Assembly: GCA_958296135.2 (NCBI GenBank)
Contig: CATQHZ020000001.1
Coordinates: 2,688,001 to 2,752,000 of the forward strand
DNA length: 64,000 nt
Source: an uncultured Poribacteria bacterium
GTDB lineage: Bacteria > Poribacteria > WGA-4E > WGA-3G
Direction: 5' to 3'
The notes beneath the pieces are model-generated. The model had not been told where the DNA came from. It saw only the letters and a program-made list of their open reading frames with translations, and ran no database searches. Every line of letters starts with the position of its first letter. Position 1 is the stretch's first letter. Below are positions 47,523 through 56,309 of this stretch, piece after piece. Position numbers and translations under genes: made by a program.

Positions 47523-48374
47523 TTAACCAAGTGCAGCGAGATTTTGCCGAAGAGCTGCGATAACCCTCGGGTCTCCGCCTTCGGCGAGTTTCAACGCCTT
47601 TTGGATATCCTGCTTCGCCTCCGTGATGCGGCCGAGCATCGCCTTTGCGAGGCCGCGTCCGCCATACGCGCCCAGATCATCGGGATTCCGGCGGAGGACC
47701 TCGTCGAAATCTTCAATCGCGGCTTCCGTTTGTCCGAGGGCCGCCTTTGCAAACCCGCGTTTGCTATAGGTGTCAACCACGGCGGGTGCCAAGCGGATAG
47801 CGATGTCGTAATCGTCAACAGCGGCTTGGAATTGTCCGAGGTTCGCCCGCTCGAATCCGCGATTGCTGTAGGAGATAGCTTGCTCCGGGTTGAATCGGAT
47901 TGCCTCGGTGAAGTCCGAGATTGCCGCTTCAGATTTCCCGAATTTTGCCATCACAACGCCGCGGTTATGGTATGCCTCGGCATAATCGGGGTTTAATCGG
48001 ATTGCCTCGTCGAAGTCTTCAACAGCCTCATCGAATCTGCTCAAGATCATCTTCGCGTTACCGCGACTGCGGTAGGCTTGCGCCGCGCTCGGCATGAGGC
48101 GGATCGCGGTGTCGTAGTCTTCAATGGCAGCTTGGTAATCATCCCATAGCTGTGCCTTTAACACACCGCGGTTGTGGTATGCCTCGGCGTAATCCGGGAA
48201 GAGGCGGATCGCCTCCTCAAATTCCGCAAGGGCGGCTTCCTGTTGCCCGAGCTCCACTTTCGCATTGCCCTCGTCAAAATGCTTGAGTGCCGCCGCTAAC
48301 ACTTCGTTTGGATATTGCGACATCCGGGCGAATTGCACTTCCTGTTCCTCTGAGACATTGCCGTTATCTTTCAT
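47523..48374 (-). CDS. TPR repeat protein
   Basis: About 7 TPRs (AEAYHNRG...AI.DFDEAIRLNP). Confidence 0.9.
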   Translation of the reverse strand: MKDNGNVSEEQEVQFARMSQYPNEVLAAALKHFDEGNAKVELGQQEAALAEFEEAIRLFPDYAEAYHNRGVLKAQLWDDYQAAIEDYDTAIRLMPSAAQAYRSRGNAKMILSRFDEAVEDFDEAIRLNPDYAEAYHNRGVVMAKFGKSEAAISDFTEAIRFNPEQAISYSNRGFERANLGQFQAAVDDYDIAIRLAPAVVDTYSKRGFAKAALGQTEAAIEDFDEVLRRNPDDLGAYGGRGLAKAMLGRITEAKQDIQKALKLAEGGDPRVIAALRQNLAALG

Positions 48375-48480
48375 TGAGTCGTCGTTCTCCTTTTTATAGA
48401 ATCTACGCGGAAACGAATGCCGTGGGCTCGCTTACAAAGCGCGCCTACCGGCACATAAAGGCAGATATAGAAATCCGCCC

Positions 48481-49188
48481 TTACAGCGGGCACCAGGCTA
48501 TGACGGTGCCGAAACTGGCAAACGCGCTGTTTTCACCGCTGGTCAGGATACGCGAGCCTTGGACGACGATGCGCGCGTCGCAGCTCGTGATTTTGTAACT
48601 GACCGGCGCGTCTTTGGCGATGAGCGGTTTGCCATCTTCGCCTTTCAGTTTATCTATGCGATAATGCACGGAACGGTGCGCCGGCACCTCAAACTCGCAA
48701 GAGACGTTCTCCATCGACGTATCCTCATAAAGCACCTCTAACAGACACCGGGTCCCCCGGTCTGACGTGTTGGAGATGCAGATGGATTCGTGCGAGAAAT
48801 AGCCCCCGCCATCTCGTTCCCATTTCTGTTCTGTCGTGGTTAACGCCGCCATGTAACCGTCCGGGATGAGCCAGACATACGCACCGTCGCCATCGGAATC
48901 ATAGTGCGTGAGTGCCGCCGCGATTTCCTCGGGTCCCGTAATTTTATGCACGGAAGCAATGAGAAAGCGTTGGTAGAACTCGATTCCCTCAATCGGTGCG
49001 GCGTTTTGAAGTTGTCCTGTCACGTTGAGACAGAGCCGGTTTTCCGGTAGCATCGCGAGGTGACTGATGCCTTGTGATGCCAGCCAGTCGCCGAACGTAT
49101 CGTTCAAAAGAGAGTTTAAAGTATCAAAATTCGGGATCTGTGCCTGTTGGTATTCTTGGATCGTTGTCAATAGGGTTTCAAAGTTCAT
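48481..49188 (-). CDS. Sensory rhodopsin transducer (ASRT)-like domain protein with N-terminal extension
   Basis: WLIPDGY...SHESICISNT...YED...VPAHRSVH.R...IVVQGSR pattern. Confidence 0.7.
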   Translation of the reverse strand: MNFETLLTTIQEYQQAQIPNFDTLNSLLNDTFGDWLASQGISHLAMLPENRLCLNVTGQLQNAAPIEGIEFYQRFLIASVHKITGPEEIAAALTHYDSDGDGAYVWLIPDGYMAALTTTEQKWERDGGGYFSHESICISNTSDRGTRCLLEVLYEDTSMENVSCEFEVPAHRSVHYRIDKLKGEDGKPLIAKDAPVSYKITSCDARIVVQGSRILTSGENSAFASFGTVIAWCPL

Positions 49189-49211
49189 CGTGTGTCTCGG
49201 TTTTTTTCTCC

Positions 49212-49643
49212 TTACACCATCCATCGTTCGCCGATGCCGAGGGCGGCGGTTAACGCCTGCAGCAGCACTATTTCTGGCGAGGCACCGACAAATCGGCGAT
49301 GCGCGTCAATGTAGGTGCCGTAATCTGCCGCCCATTCGCGAAGACAGGTCTGGTATTCCCATCCATAGACGGTTTGACGGAATACGGCGGTTTCTGGATA
49401 CGGAAGCTTCTCCGCCAAGAGCGCGAGGAGTTGGGCGCGCGTGGGGAGCCATAAGTTTTCCGGTTCCTCCGGTTCTGCCAGTAGAGCGCGAGGGACAGGC
49501 CCTCGCACTACGGGTTGGGCTGATTCTGCCAGGCACTCGCGAGAGACAGGCCCTCGCACTACGGGTTGGGGACATTTTTCCGGGCGCAGTGCCTGAATTT
49601 CGGGGTGGCGGCACATCGCGACGTATTCTTGCGGCAGGTTCAT
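49212..49643 (-). CDS. Hypothetical protein containing two in-frame REP-derived segments
   Basis: YVAMC..PEIQAL...WLPT..QLL; PQPVVRGPV-like segment twice; lies within a co-directional run. Confidence 0.65.
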   Translation of the reverse strand: MNLPQEYVAMCRHPEIQALRPEKCPQPVVRGPVSRECLAESAQPVVRGPVPRALLAEPEEPENLWLPTRAQLLALLAEKLPYPETAVFRQTVYGWEYQTCLREWAADYGTYIDAHRRFVGASPEIVLLQALTAALGIGERWMV

Positions 49644-49649
49644 CGGTTT

Positions 49650-50426
49650 TCACGACTGTGGTTGCGTTACCAATGCAGCGATGTCTTGCGGCAAACTCTC
49701 GCCGGTTTCCTCCTCAAATGCCGCGAGGCTTTCGTAATGCTTATGGAACTCCGCGCTCAGGGCCGCCTTCGCTTCAGCATAATCGGATTTGAGGCTGATT
49801 GCATCGCTATAATTCTCAATAGCGAATTCGTAGTAGCCTTTGTCCCGATAGGCGTTACCGCGGTAGTAATACGCCTCGGCAAACCGCGGTCTGAATTTTA
49901 TCGCCCTGCTGAAGTCTTTGATGGCACGCATCAGCGCGCCTTGCTCGTAATAAGCGGTGCCGCGGTTGATACAAGCATCCACAAAATTGTATCGACATTT
50001 TATGGCAGTGGAGTATTCTTCAATCGCTCGCGTCACATCGCCTTGAGCGTAGTAAATTTCGCCGAGCCGGTTGTATGCTTCGGCCAAATCAGACTGGCAT
50101 GTTATGGCGGTGTTATATTCCTCAATCGCTCGCGCCACATCGCCCTGAGCACGGTAGAGTTCGCCGAGATTGTAATAGGCGTAAGGATACCTCGGGTCAA
50201 GTTTCCTTGTAGTGTTAAAGTCCTCACCCGCCAAATCGTATTCGCCTTTAGCCAGATAAGCTAGGCCGCGATAACTATGTGCGTGCACTTGACCCGGTTT
50301 TAACTCAAGTGACTTATTAAAGTCCTCGATTGCCGGGTCGTATTCGTCAGCAGCCAACCTGAAACTGCCACGGATTAAATAGTGCGAGTGGAGGCTAACC
50401 CCGTTAATGACTCTATCTTCGCTCAT
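49650..50426 (-). CDS. TPR repeat protein
   Basis: About 6 TPRs; ATG 50426 overlaps the TGA of the FRG C-terminal frame (ATGA). Confidence 0.85.
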   Translation of the reverse strand: MSEDRVINGVSLHSHYLIRGSFRLAADEYDPAIEDFNKSLELKPGQVHAHSYRGLAYLAKGEYDLAGEDFNTTRKLDPRYPYAYYNLGELYRAQGDVARAIEEYNTAITCQSDLAEAYNRLGEIYYAQGDVTRAIEEYSTAIKCRYNFVDACINRGTAYYEQGALMRAIKDFSRAIKFRPRFAEAYYYRGNAYRDKGYYEFAIENYSDAISLKSDYAEAKAALSAEFHKHYESLAAFEEETGESLPQDIAALVTQPQS

Positions 50427-51182
50427 AGGATTTCTCCATAGTAAGGTTTGATGAGATCCATGTCGTAATAGTGCTGTGACGTGTTCCTCTCCCAAAAACC
50501 GGGCGGATCGGCAAAGAGGGTTTCCTCCGAGATTCCCACATTTGCCAATTCGGTTCTCAGCACCGCTTTGTGGGCATGAGGAATGACGATTTCGTTGGAG
50601 ATCATTTCGTTGCGCACTTCGGAGAAACACGGAATATTGCCGGGTGATGCGTTGGGTGTCTACCAATCGGCTATCCAACGCCGGGGCCCAAAGATGCCAT
50701 TTGCTTCCAGCGGGGCCAAAAAAATTTTCTAACCCACTTTCAAGCTCTTTTATTGACTTTATCGCACAAATCTTATCACTGTCGTTTTCCAAAACAATGA
50801 CTTTGCCGCTTGCTTGCTTTTCTGCCACCGCACAGGCAAACCACAAGGCGACAAGCGGATTAAACGTAAAATCGATCAGCCCGGTCGCGACACCGTTATG
50901 TTGCAAGTGTGCCAGACACTCCAACGGAGACAGGCTGCGGTAGATCGAAGGGTATTCAAGTTGAACTTCATCTACGAGTTGAAGAAGATAACCCCAGCAC
51001 AGCGAGGGGAGTAACTGCGTCCGTCCCTTATAAACGCTTAACAAACGGCGAAGGACACCGCTTGTCACGTCCCACTCTGCGTCTTCCTGCCCGCGATACA
51101 GATGACTCTTCTCTGATGTTGCGAAATCGCCGATGTGGTTGAGGTAGTCTTCCAAACGCGAAATCTCAATAGGTGAATTCAT
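50423..51182 (-). pseudogene. FRG-domain protein, frameshifted near 50622
   Basis: LYRGQ, LQHNGVATGLIDFTFNPLVALWFA, RITRQYSVF. The expected tail EIVIP..HK...ELANVGISEETLFAD is in another frame (50423..50617). Confidence 0.8.
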
Positions 51183-51282
51183 ACGCCGCTACTTCTATAC
51201 TCTTCGGAGTTCATATTATGATAACCTATTCGGTTGACAAATGTCAATCAAATTTCAGAGGATTTGCACAGAAATGGCCCCG

Positions 51283-51309
51283 GTAGGCGCGGTTACAGAC
51301 CGCGCCTAC
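51283..51309. repeat. REP-like family A palindrome
   Basis: GTAGGCGCGGTTACAGACCGCGCCTAC. Confidence 0.85.
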
Positions 51310-51326
51310 CGAATGGGCACGCCTAT

Positions 51327-52529
51327 TTACGCAATCTCACCGATAGGAATCCGACGCTCATCCAAGGATAGCGAACGACGCGGCAGATCGCCGAAGAGGG
51401 GACGGAAATACCCTGCACCCGCCGCTGACATCTGATACCGCGCCGCATCGTAAAACCGCAGGTCCAGGCTGCGACGGATGACATGTCCCGTAGCATCGCG
51501 CTTCAGCACTTGCTCTAATGGCAACAACGTCGGCTCGATACCGGTATCGGTTCGCGTAATCGTTGCGACACCGTTCACCATGCCATCTGCAAGTGCGCGC
51601 ACCGCGAGCGAGCCCGCCTTAATCGCAGTGTCTCTATCCAAAGCGGTTGGGCTCCCACACCGTTGGAGATAGCCGAGTATCAAAGCCCGGAACGCTGAAC
51701 CTGAAATATGAGGGAGCCGATTCTTCATCGCTTCAACGATGATTTCGGAGCATCCACCCGGTTTGGTGTGCCCGAACGCATCCAATTCTGCCTGCGAGGT
51801 TATCATCAATTCGCCTGCATCGTTTCGGATGCCCTCCGAGACGACAACAATCACGTCACCGCGTTCGGCGTGTTTCTCGCGAATCGCTTCCGCCAGCCGG
51901 TCTGGTTGATACGGCACTTCCGGCACAACGATAAGGTCGGCGTGGCCATAAGCAGACGCAAGCGTCAACCACCCTGCATCCCTACCCATCGCCTCCACGA
52001 CGATAACCCTGTCGTGTGAATAGGCGGTGGTGCGCAAGTCGCGGACAGCACTGATAATGCGACTCGCCGCTGTCGGGAACCCGGGGCAGAAATAGTTCAC
52101 CATTTTGGAGTAATCCACAGCATCCCCTTCCGGTGGATTAATGCCAACATCGTTGTCAATTGTTTTTGTGACAAACACGGTTGTGAATTGCTCGGAGAGC
52201 GCGGCACCAACTGTCAGCGTATCGTCACCGCCAATCGGGATGAGGCCGCTGATATCCAATTTTTTTAGGTTCTGAATCGCCTCGTCCAATTTGTGCATCG
52301 CGATGAGGTTGGTACGCGAGCTTTTCAGCAGCGTGCCACCGTAATTTTCGTCAATCAAATCAGGGGTGAGGGCGAAGTAGCGTCCGCCTTTCAGAACGCC
52401 TTTCCACCCTTCCATGAATCCAACGAGTTCAAAACCGAGCTCCTCGGCTTTCAAAGCGATTCCTTTGAGGGTAGCGTTGAGCGCGCTTGTGTCGCCGCCT
52501 CCTGTTAAAACACCGATTTTTTTAGGCAT
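51327..52529 (-). CDS. pfkA: 6-phosphofructokinase family, probably PPi-dependent
   Basis: IGVLTGGGD, GGTLLKSSR, GGDDT, KTIDND, MGR.AGW, LGYLQR. Confidence 0.88.
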   Translation of the reverse strand: MPKKIGVLTGGGDTSALNATLKGIALKAEELGFELVGFMEGWKGVLKGGRYFALTPDLIDENYGGTLLKSSRTNLIAMHKLDEAIQNLKKLDISGLIPIGGDDTLTVGAALSEQFTTVFVTKTIDNDVGINPPEGDAVDYSKMVNYFCPGFPTAASRIISAVRDLRTTAYSHDRVIVVEAMGRDAGWLTLASAYGHADLIVVPEVPYQPDRLAEAIREKHAERGDVIVVVSEGIRNDAGELMITSQAELDAFGHTKPGGCSEIIVEAMKNRLPHISGSAFRALILGYLQRCGSPTALDRDTAIKAGSLAVRALADGMVNGVATITRTDTGIEPTLLPLEQVLKRDATGHVIRRSLDLRFYDAARYQMSAAGAGYFRPLFGDLPRRSLSLDERRIPIGEIA

Positions 52530-52670
52530 ATTTAAAATTCCTTTCGGGATTTGGGAATCCCACCGACATTATTAACCCGTAGTGCGAGGGCCCGTCCCGC
52601 GCAATTCACCAATCCAACAGGACCAGGAGTCCCTTCTACTAGAGCCATTAAGCTCCTAAAGGGGCTTTTC

Positions 52671-54230
52671 CTACTTGACAACTTCAACGACGACCGGCTT
52701 CTCCAAAGCGAGTGCCTTTTCAAGCGTCGGTTTAAAATCGCCCAGGTCTTCGACGCGCAGCCCGATTGCGCCGAACGATTCAGCGAATTGCACGAAGTCG
52801 GGGTTCACCAACTCAACCCCAATGCGCTTGCCGAAACGGCGCAGCTGCCCTCGCTCAATAGAGGTATACTGGTTATCGTTCATCACAAGCGTGACAACAG
52901 GAAGGTTATACATCACTGCTGTCGCCAGATCTGGGCTTGTCATGAGGAAGCCACCATCACCGCTGAGCGCGACAACCTTCCGGTCCGGATACGCGACCTG
53001 CGCACCGATGGCACCTGTCAACCCGATGCCCATGGCGACAGAGATGCCGGAGAAGATGAAACTTCCAGGAGAATACACCGGGAAATGCGGAAGCGCGCCG
53101 TAGCCAGTGATGTTGACATCCACTGATAAGATAGCATCGCGAGGCAAAACATCGCGCATCTCTCGCAAGATTTGCGGCACTTCAATTGCGGTGAATTGGC
53201 TCCGCAATTGCCGCACGCCTCCGCCCCATCCATCTGTCCGTTTCTCACTGTGCAGCGCGGCATTCAGCTGTTGCAAGACAAACTTCGGAGCGGCACCGAT
53301 ACCGACGGTCGCGGGGTATTCCTTGTGAATCTCGTCTACATCAGCCTCAATGTGCAACAGGGGTTTATCGATTCTCAGCGTCCAATTGCCGGTATCCCGA
53401 TAGGTAAATCGGGTTCCGATAGCAATGATCAAGTCGGATGCTTCCAATGCCGCTTGCGCAACGCTGTCTCGGAAGATGCCAATGGAGTAGGGCGAGTCTT
53501 CGGGGATAGAGCCTTTGCCCATGCTCGTCATCGCTATCGGCGCATTGAGGGCGCGCGCGAACGCCAGCAGTTCCTCGGTTGCACGGGAATGACTAACGCC
53601 GCTACCGGAGAGAATGAACGGCCGTTCCGCAGCGCAGATAAGTCTCACCGCCGCCGCAATATCTGCATTGCTTGCTGCGGTGCAGATGCCGTTATTTCGC
53701 GGCGGGATAGGCAGCGCGGCAACTGCTTGTAGGGCATCGGTTGCCAATTCAATCAATACAGGCCCAGGCCTGCCTGAGCGCATCGCGCCGAACGCTCTGT
53801 TGACAGCACCCGGAATCTGCGCCACGCGATGCACAATCTCAATGTGTTTTGTCATTGAGGAAAAGGCGGCACGCTGATCTAAGCCGTGAAAACTCTTCCT
53901 CGGGTCTTTCTGTGCAAGGCCCGCTGGATTCTGCCCGGTTATCCACAGCACCGGTGAGCATGCAGTGTATGCCTCGCAAATCCCAATAGAGGCGTTGTTA
54001 GAGCCGGGCCCAGGAACAGTCATGCAGACACCGACATCGCCAGTGGCTCGGGCATAGCCATCAGCCATAAACGCCGTGCCGCCCTCGTGCCGCGTGACGT
54101 AGTGTCGGATGCTCTCTTGGTTGTGATACAACGCCTCATAAACGGTGTCAAGATGGTTCCCCGGCAATCCGAAGATTACCTCAACACCCTGTTCTTTCAA
54201 ACATTCAACGAAGATATGGCCTCCAGTCAT
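52671..54230 (-). CDS. Thiamine-pyrophosphate enzyme (acetolactate synthase large subunit-like)
   Basis: IFGLPG, RHE, ADGYAR, PGPG, GDGGF...N, NPDF. Confidence 0.9.
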   Translation of the reverse strand: MTGGHIFVECLKEQGVEVIFGLPGNHLDTVYEALYHNQESIRHYVTRHEGGTAFMADGYARATGDVGVCMTVPGPGSNNASIGICEAYTACSPVLWITGQNPAGLAQKDPRKSFHGLDQRAAFSSMTKHIEIVHRVAQIPGAVNRAFGAMRSGRPGPVLIELATDALQAVAALPIPPRNNGICTAASNADIAAAVRLICAAERPFILSGSGVSHSRATEELLAFARALNAPIAMTSMGKGSIPEDSPYSIGIFRDSVAQAALEASDLIIAIGTRFTYRDTGNWTLRIDKPLLHIEADVDEIHKEYPATVGIGAAPKFVLQQLNAALHSEKRTDGWGGGVRQLRSQFTAIEVPQILREMRDVLPRDAILSVDVNITGYGALPHFPVYSPGSFIFSGISVAMGIGLTGAIGAQVAYPDRKVVALSGDGGFLMTSPDLATAVMYNLPVVTLVMNDNQYTSIERGQLRRFGKRIGVELVNPDFVQFAESFGAIGLRVEDLGDFKPTLEKALALEKPVVVEVVK

Positions 54231-54250
54231 TGTCCCATCCTTTTGTATGC

Positions 54251-54317
54251 AGGCGGACATGGAAATCCGCCCTTACAATTCTGATGTCCGGTAGGCGCGC
54301 TTTGAAAGCACGCCTAC
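54251..54317. repeat. GTAA-headed REP-like unit (54251-54277) and family A palindrome (54291-54317)
   Basis: GGCGGACATGGAAATCCGCCCTTAC (related copy at 48460-48485) and GTAGGCGCGCTTTGAAAGCACGCCTAC. Confidence 0.75.
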
Positions 54318-56185
54318 GGGCTCCTATTTCTACGGGCAAAAAGCCGCCCTTGTTCATGCGCAAACGCGGTATTTAGATACGTTTTTCCATCTGCATGCCA
54401 AAAATCGACAGCGGTTTTCGTGCCTTCCAGCAGACAAAATTCCTCCACACTTTCCGACTTGCCGCGTATCTCAACCAAGACATCGATCGGTGCACTCTCC
54501 GCGTTGTAGAGATAGAACATGTCGGCATCTTCAGTCACTCGGTGCTGGAACTGGAGTGCGAGCGTCGGTTCATTCACCGGCTTCGCATACACCGAAATGG
54601 CTGGGGTTATCCATTTTCGGAGATACTTTTTCAGTGCGGCCTCCCGTTCGCCCAATGGGCCTCGGAGGATAGTTGTCCGCCGCCCATAGATGAGTTGTTC
54701 CAGTGGATACGGTTTTAATCCGATCCGTCCATTGAGCAGATATGGCACTGGTTCGTTCACTATCAATTTACCTTTCGCCTTCGTCAATGCACGCAGGCAG
54801 TTCACTGTCTCTTCCTGCAGTGAGAGGCAACTCGGCAGTAGCACAACGCGATAAACCTCTGCGCCAGGCGCGCTTTGCTCCGCTGGATTGGCAAAACAGA
54901 GACAGCGACGTTTCCTATCTATCGTGGCAAAACGCAGTTCTCGTTCGGAAACAATCCGAAAGTCGTAACCCAACTGCGATACCGTTTGGCACAGCCACCC
55001 CCACGCTTTCGTCAGATAGTTCCACTGCTTCTCATCAGGTTTTGTCCAGAGACTCTGCGTCGGCGCAACCATCAGCAGTTGCCGCTTTGGATGTCCAACC
55101 GCCAACAGGTTCTCACAAAACGACGGTGGACTTCCAGAAACCCACACGTTAAAGCCAAGGGCAACATCTTGAAGCGACTGCTTTAGTTGATGTGAACCTT
55201 TCCGCGAAATCCCCGCGTAGCGTGCATTGCCAGAAACCCATTTGGAGACGACGCACCGTCTAGCCGTCCCTCCTACGGGAGGCGCGCGTTGCAAGCGCGC
55301 TTTTCCCGCGTCAGACACAGTGAGAATCGGGCAATCTACCTCTGCCAGCATCGCACCCAATTCAAATTCCAACGCTCTTGCACTTTCAGGAATACTCACA
55401 GCGAACTGTAGTCCCTCCTGATGACAGAAATCACGCACGCCGGCGAGAAAGCAATTCGCGAATTGCGTCGTCACCGCTCGCCAAAACGCGTTCCGAACTG
55501 CCGCCGAGTCGTAGGTATCATAAAAGATGAGCGGTAAGTATGCCTGAACCGTGTCTTTCAGCGTCCGACTCCACGGAACCGAATCGGCATCTGATTCTAA
55601 GATAGATAAAAATCGCGGCAATTCGCAGGCGAAACCGATGAGGGATGCTTTCCCGTGAGCGTTGAGGGAACCCATCAGCACTTGTTCTATGAATACCGAA
55701 ACGCCGTTCTCACTCAGCAAATCTGGTAGTCCTTGCGCTGCGGTTTGACGGAGGTGCAGCACGGTTCGCCCGCGCAACCGTGCTGCAATTGCGAGCTCCC
55801 CTGCCACACATCGCTGCACATACTCGCTAATATGATAGCAGGGGGCATCCGCATGCGGCTGTGCAATCAGATAGTGTCGGTGAAATTCGCGATGCTGCTC
55901 CCACTGCCGAAGCACCGCCTGAATGGCTATCGCCCCCTCTGCTTCGCCGAAGGTTCGGCCTACCGCATTTAATCGATAGCGCGTTTGCAGCAAGGCAGAA
56001 GGCAGTTGTATCCACGCGTGCACGCCCCGTGGCACCGTCGATTTTTGTGTGCCTAGCCACGGAAGCAAGACACCACTTGCGATATGTGAGCGATTTGTGT
56101 CCACGAGCCATCCGCCTCTGATTCCATGGTTTCCGATAGGCGCGCTTTGGCAATGCGCAGTTTCAAACCGCGTCTGCCGGGGCAA
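54314..56185 (-). CDS. Hypothetical protein, possibly a degenerate GH106-like glycoside hydrolase
   Basis: Long ORF; C-terminal YDFRIVSE..L / YRVVLLP / MFYLYN pattern. Start uncertain. Confidence 0.5.
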   Translation of the reverse strand: MPRQTRFETAHCQSAPIGNHGIRGGWLVDTNRSHIASGVLLPWLGTQKSTVPRGVHAWIQLPSALLQTRYRLNAVGRTFGEAEGAIAIQAVLRQWEQHREFHRHYLIAQPHADAPCYHISEYVQRCVAGELAIAARLRGRTVLHLRQTAAQGLPDLLSENGVSVFIEQVLMGSLNAHGKASLIGFACELPRFLSILESDADSVPWSRTLKDTVQAYLPLIFYDTYDSAAVRNAFWRAVTTQFANCFLAGVRDFCHQEGLQFAVSIPESARALEFELGAMLAEVDCPILTVSDAGKARLQRAPPVGGTARRCVVSKWVSGNARYAGISRKGSHQLKQSLQDVALGFNVWVSGSPPSFCENLLAVGHPKRQLLMVAPTQSLWTKPDEKQWNYLTKAWGWLCQTVSQLGYDFRIVSERELRFATIDRKRRCLCFANPAEQSAPGAEVYRVVLLPSCLSLQEETVNCLRALTKAKGKLIVNEPVPYLLNGRIGLKPYPLEQLIYGRRTTILRGPLGEREAALKKYLRKWITPAISVYAKPVNEPTLALQFQHRVTEDADMFYLYNAESAPIDVLVEIRGKSESVEEFCLLEGTKTAVDFWHADGKTYLNTAFAHEQGRLFARRNRSP

Positions 56186-56198
56186 AAATTAAAAAACC

Positions 56199-56227
56199 TT
56201 GCAGTGTTAAAAATTTAATGGTATACT
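56199..56227 (+). promoter_or_regulatory. Sigma70-like promoter
   Basis: TTGCAG-17-TATACT with extended -10 TG. Confidence 0.65.
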
Positions 56228-56309
56228 ATCATTATAATGTCAATTCGCGAGGGCGCGTCTTATATAGTTTAGCACACCTCGTGAATTCATGCAAGGGAAA
56301 TAAGAAAAT

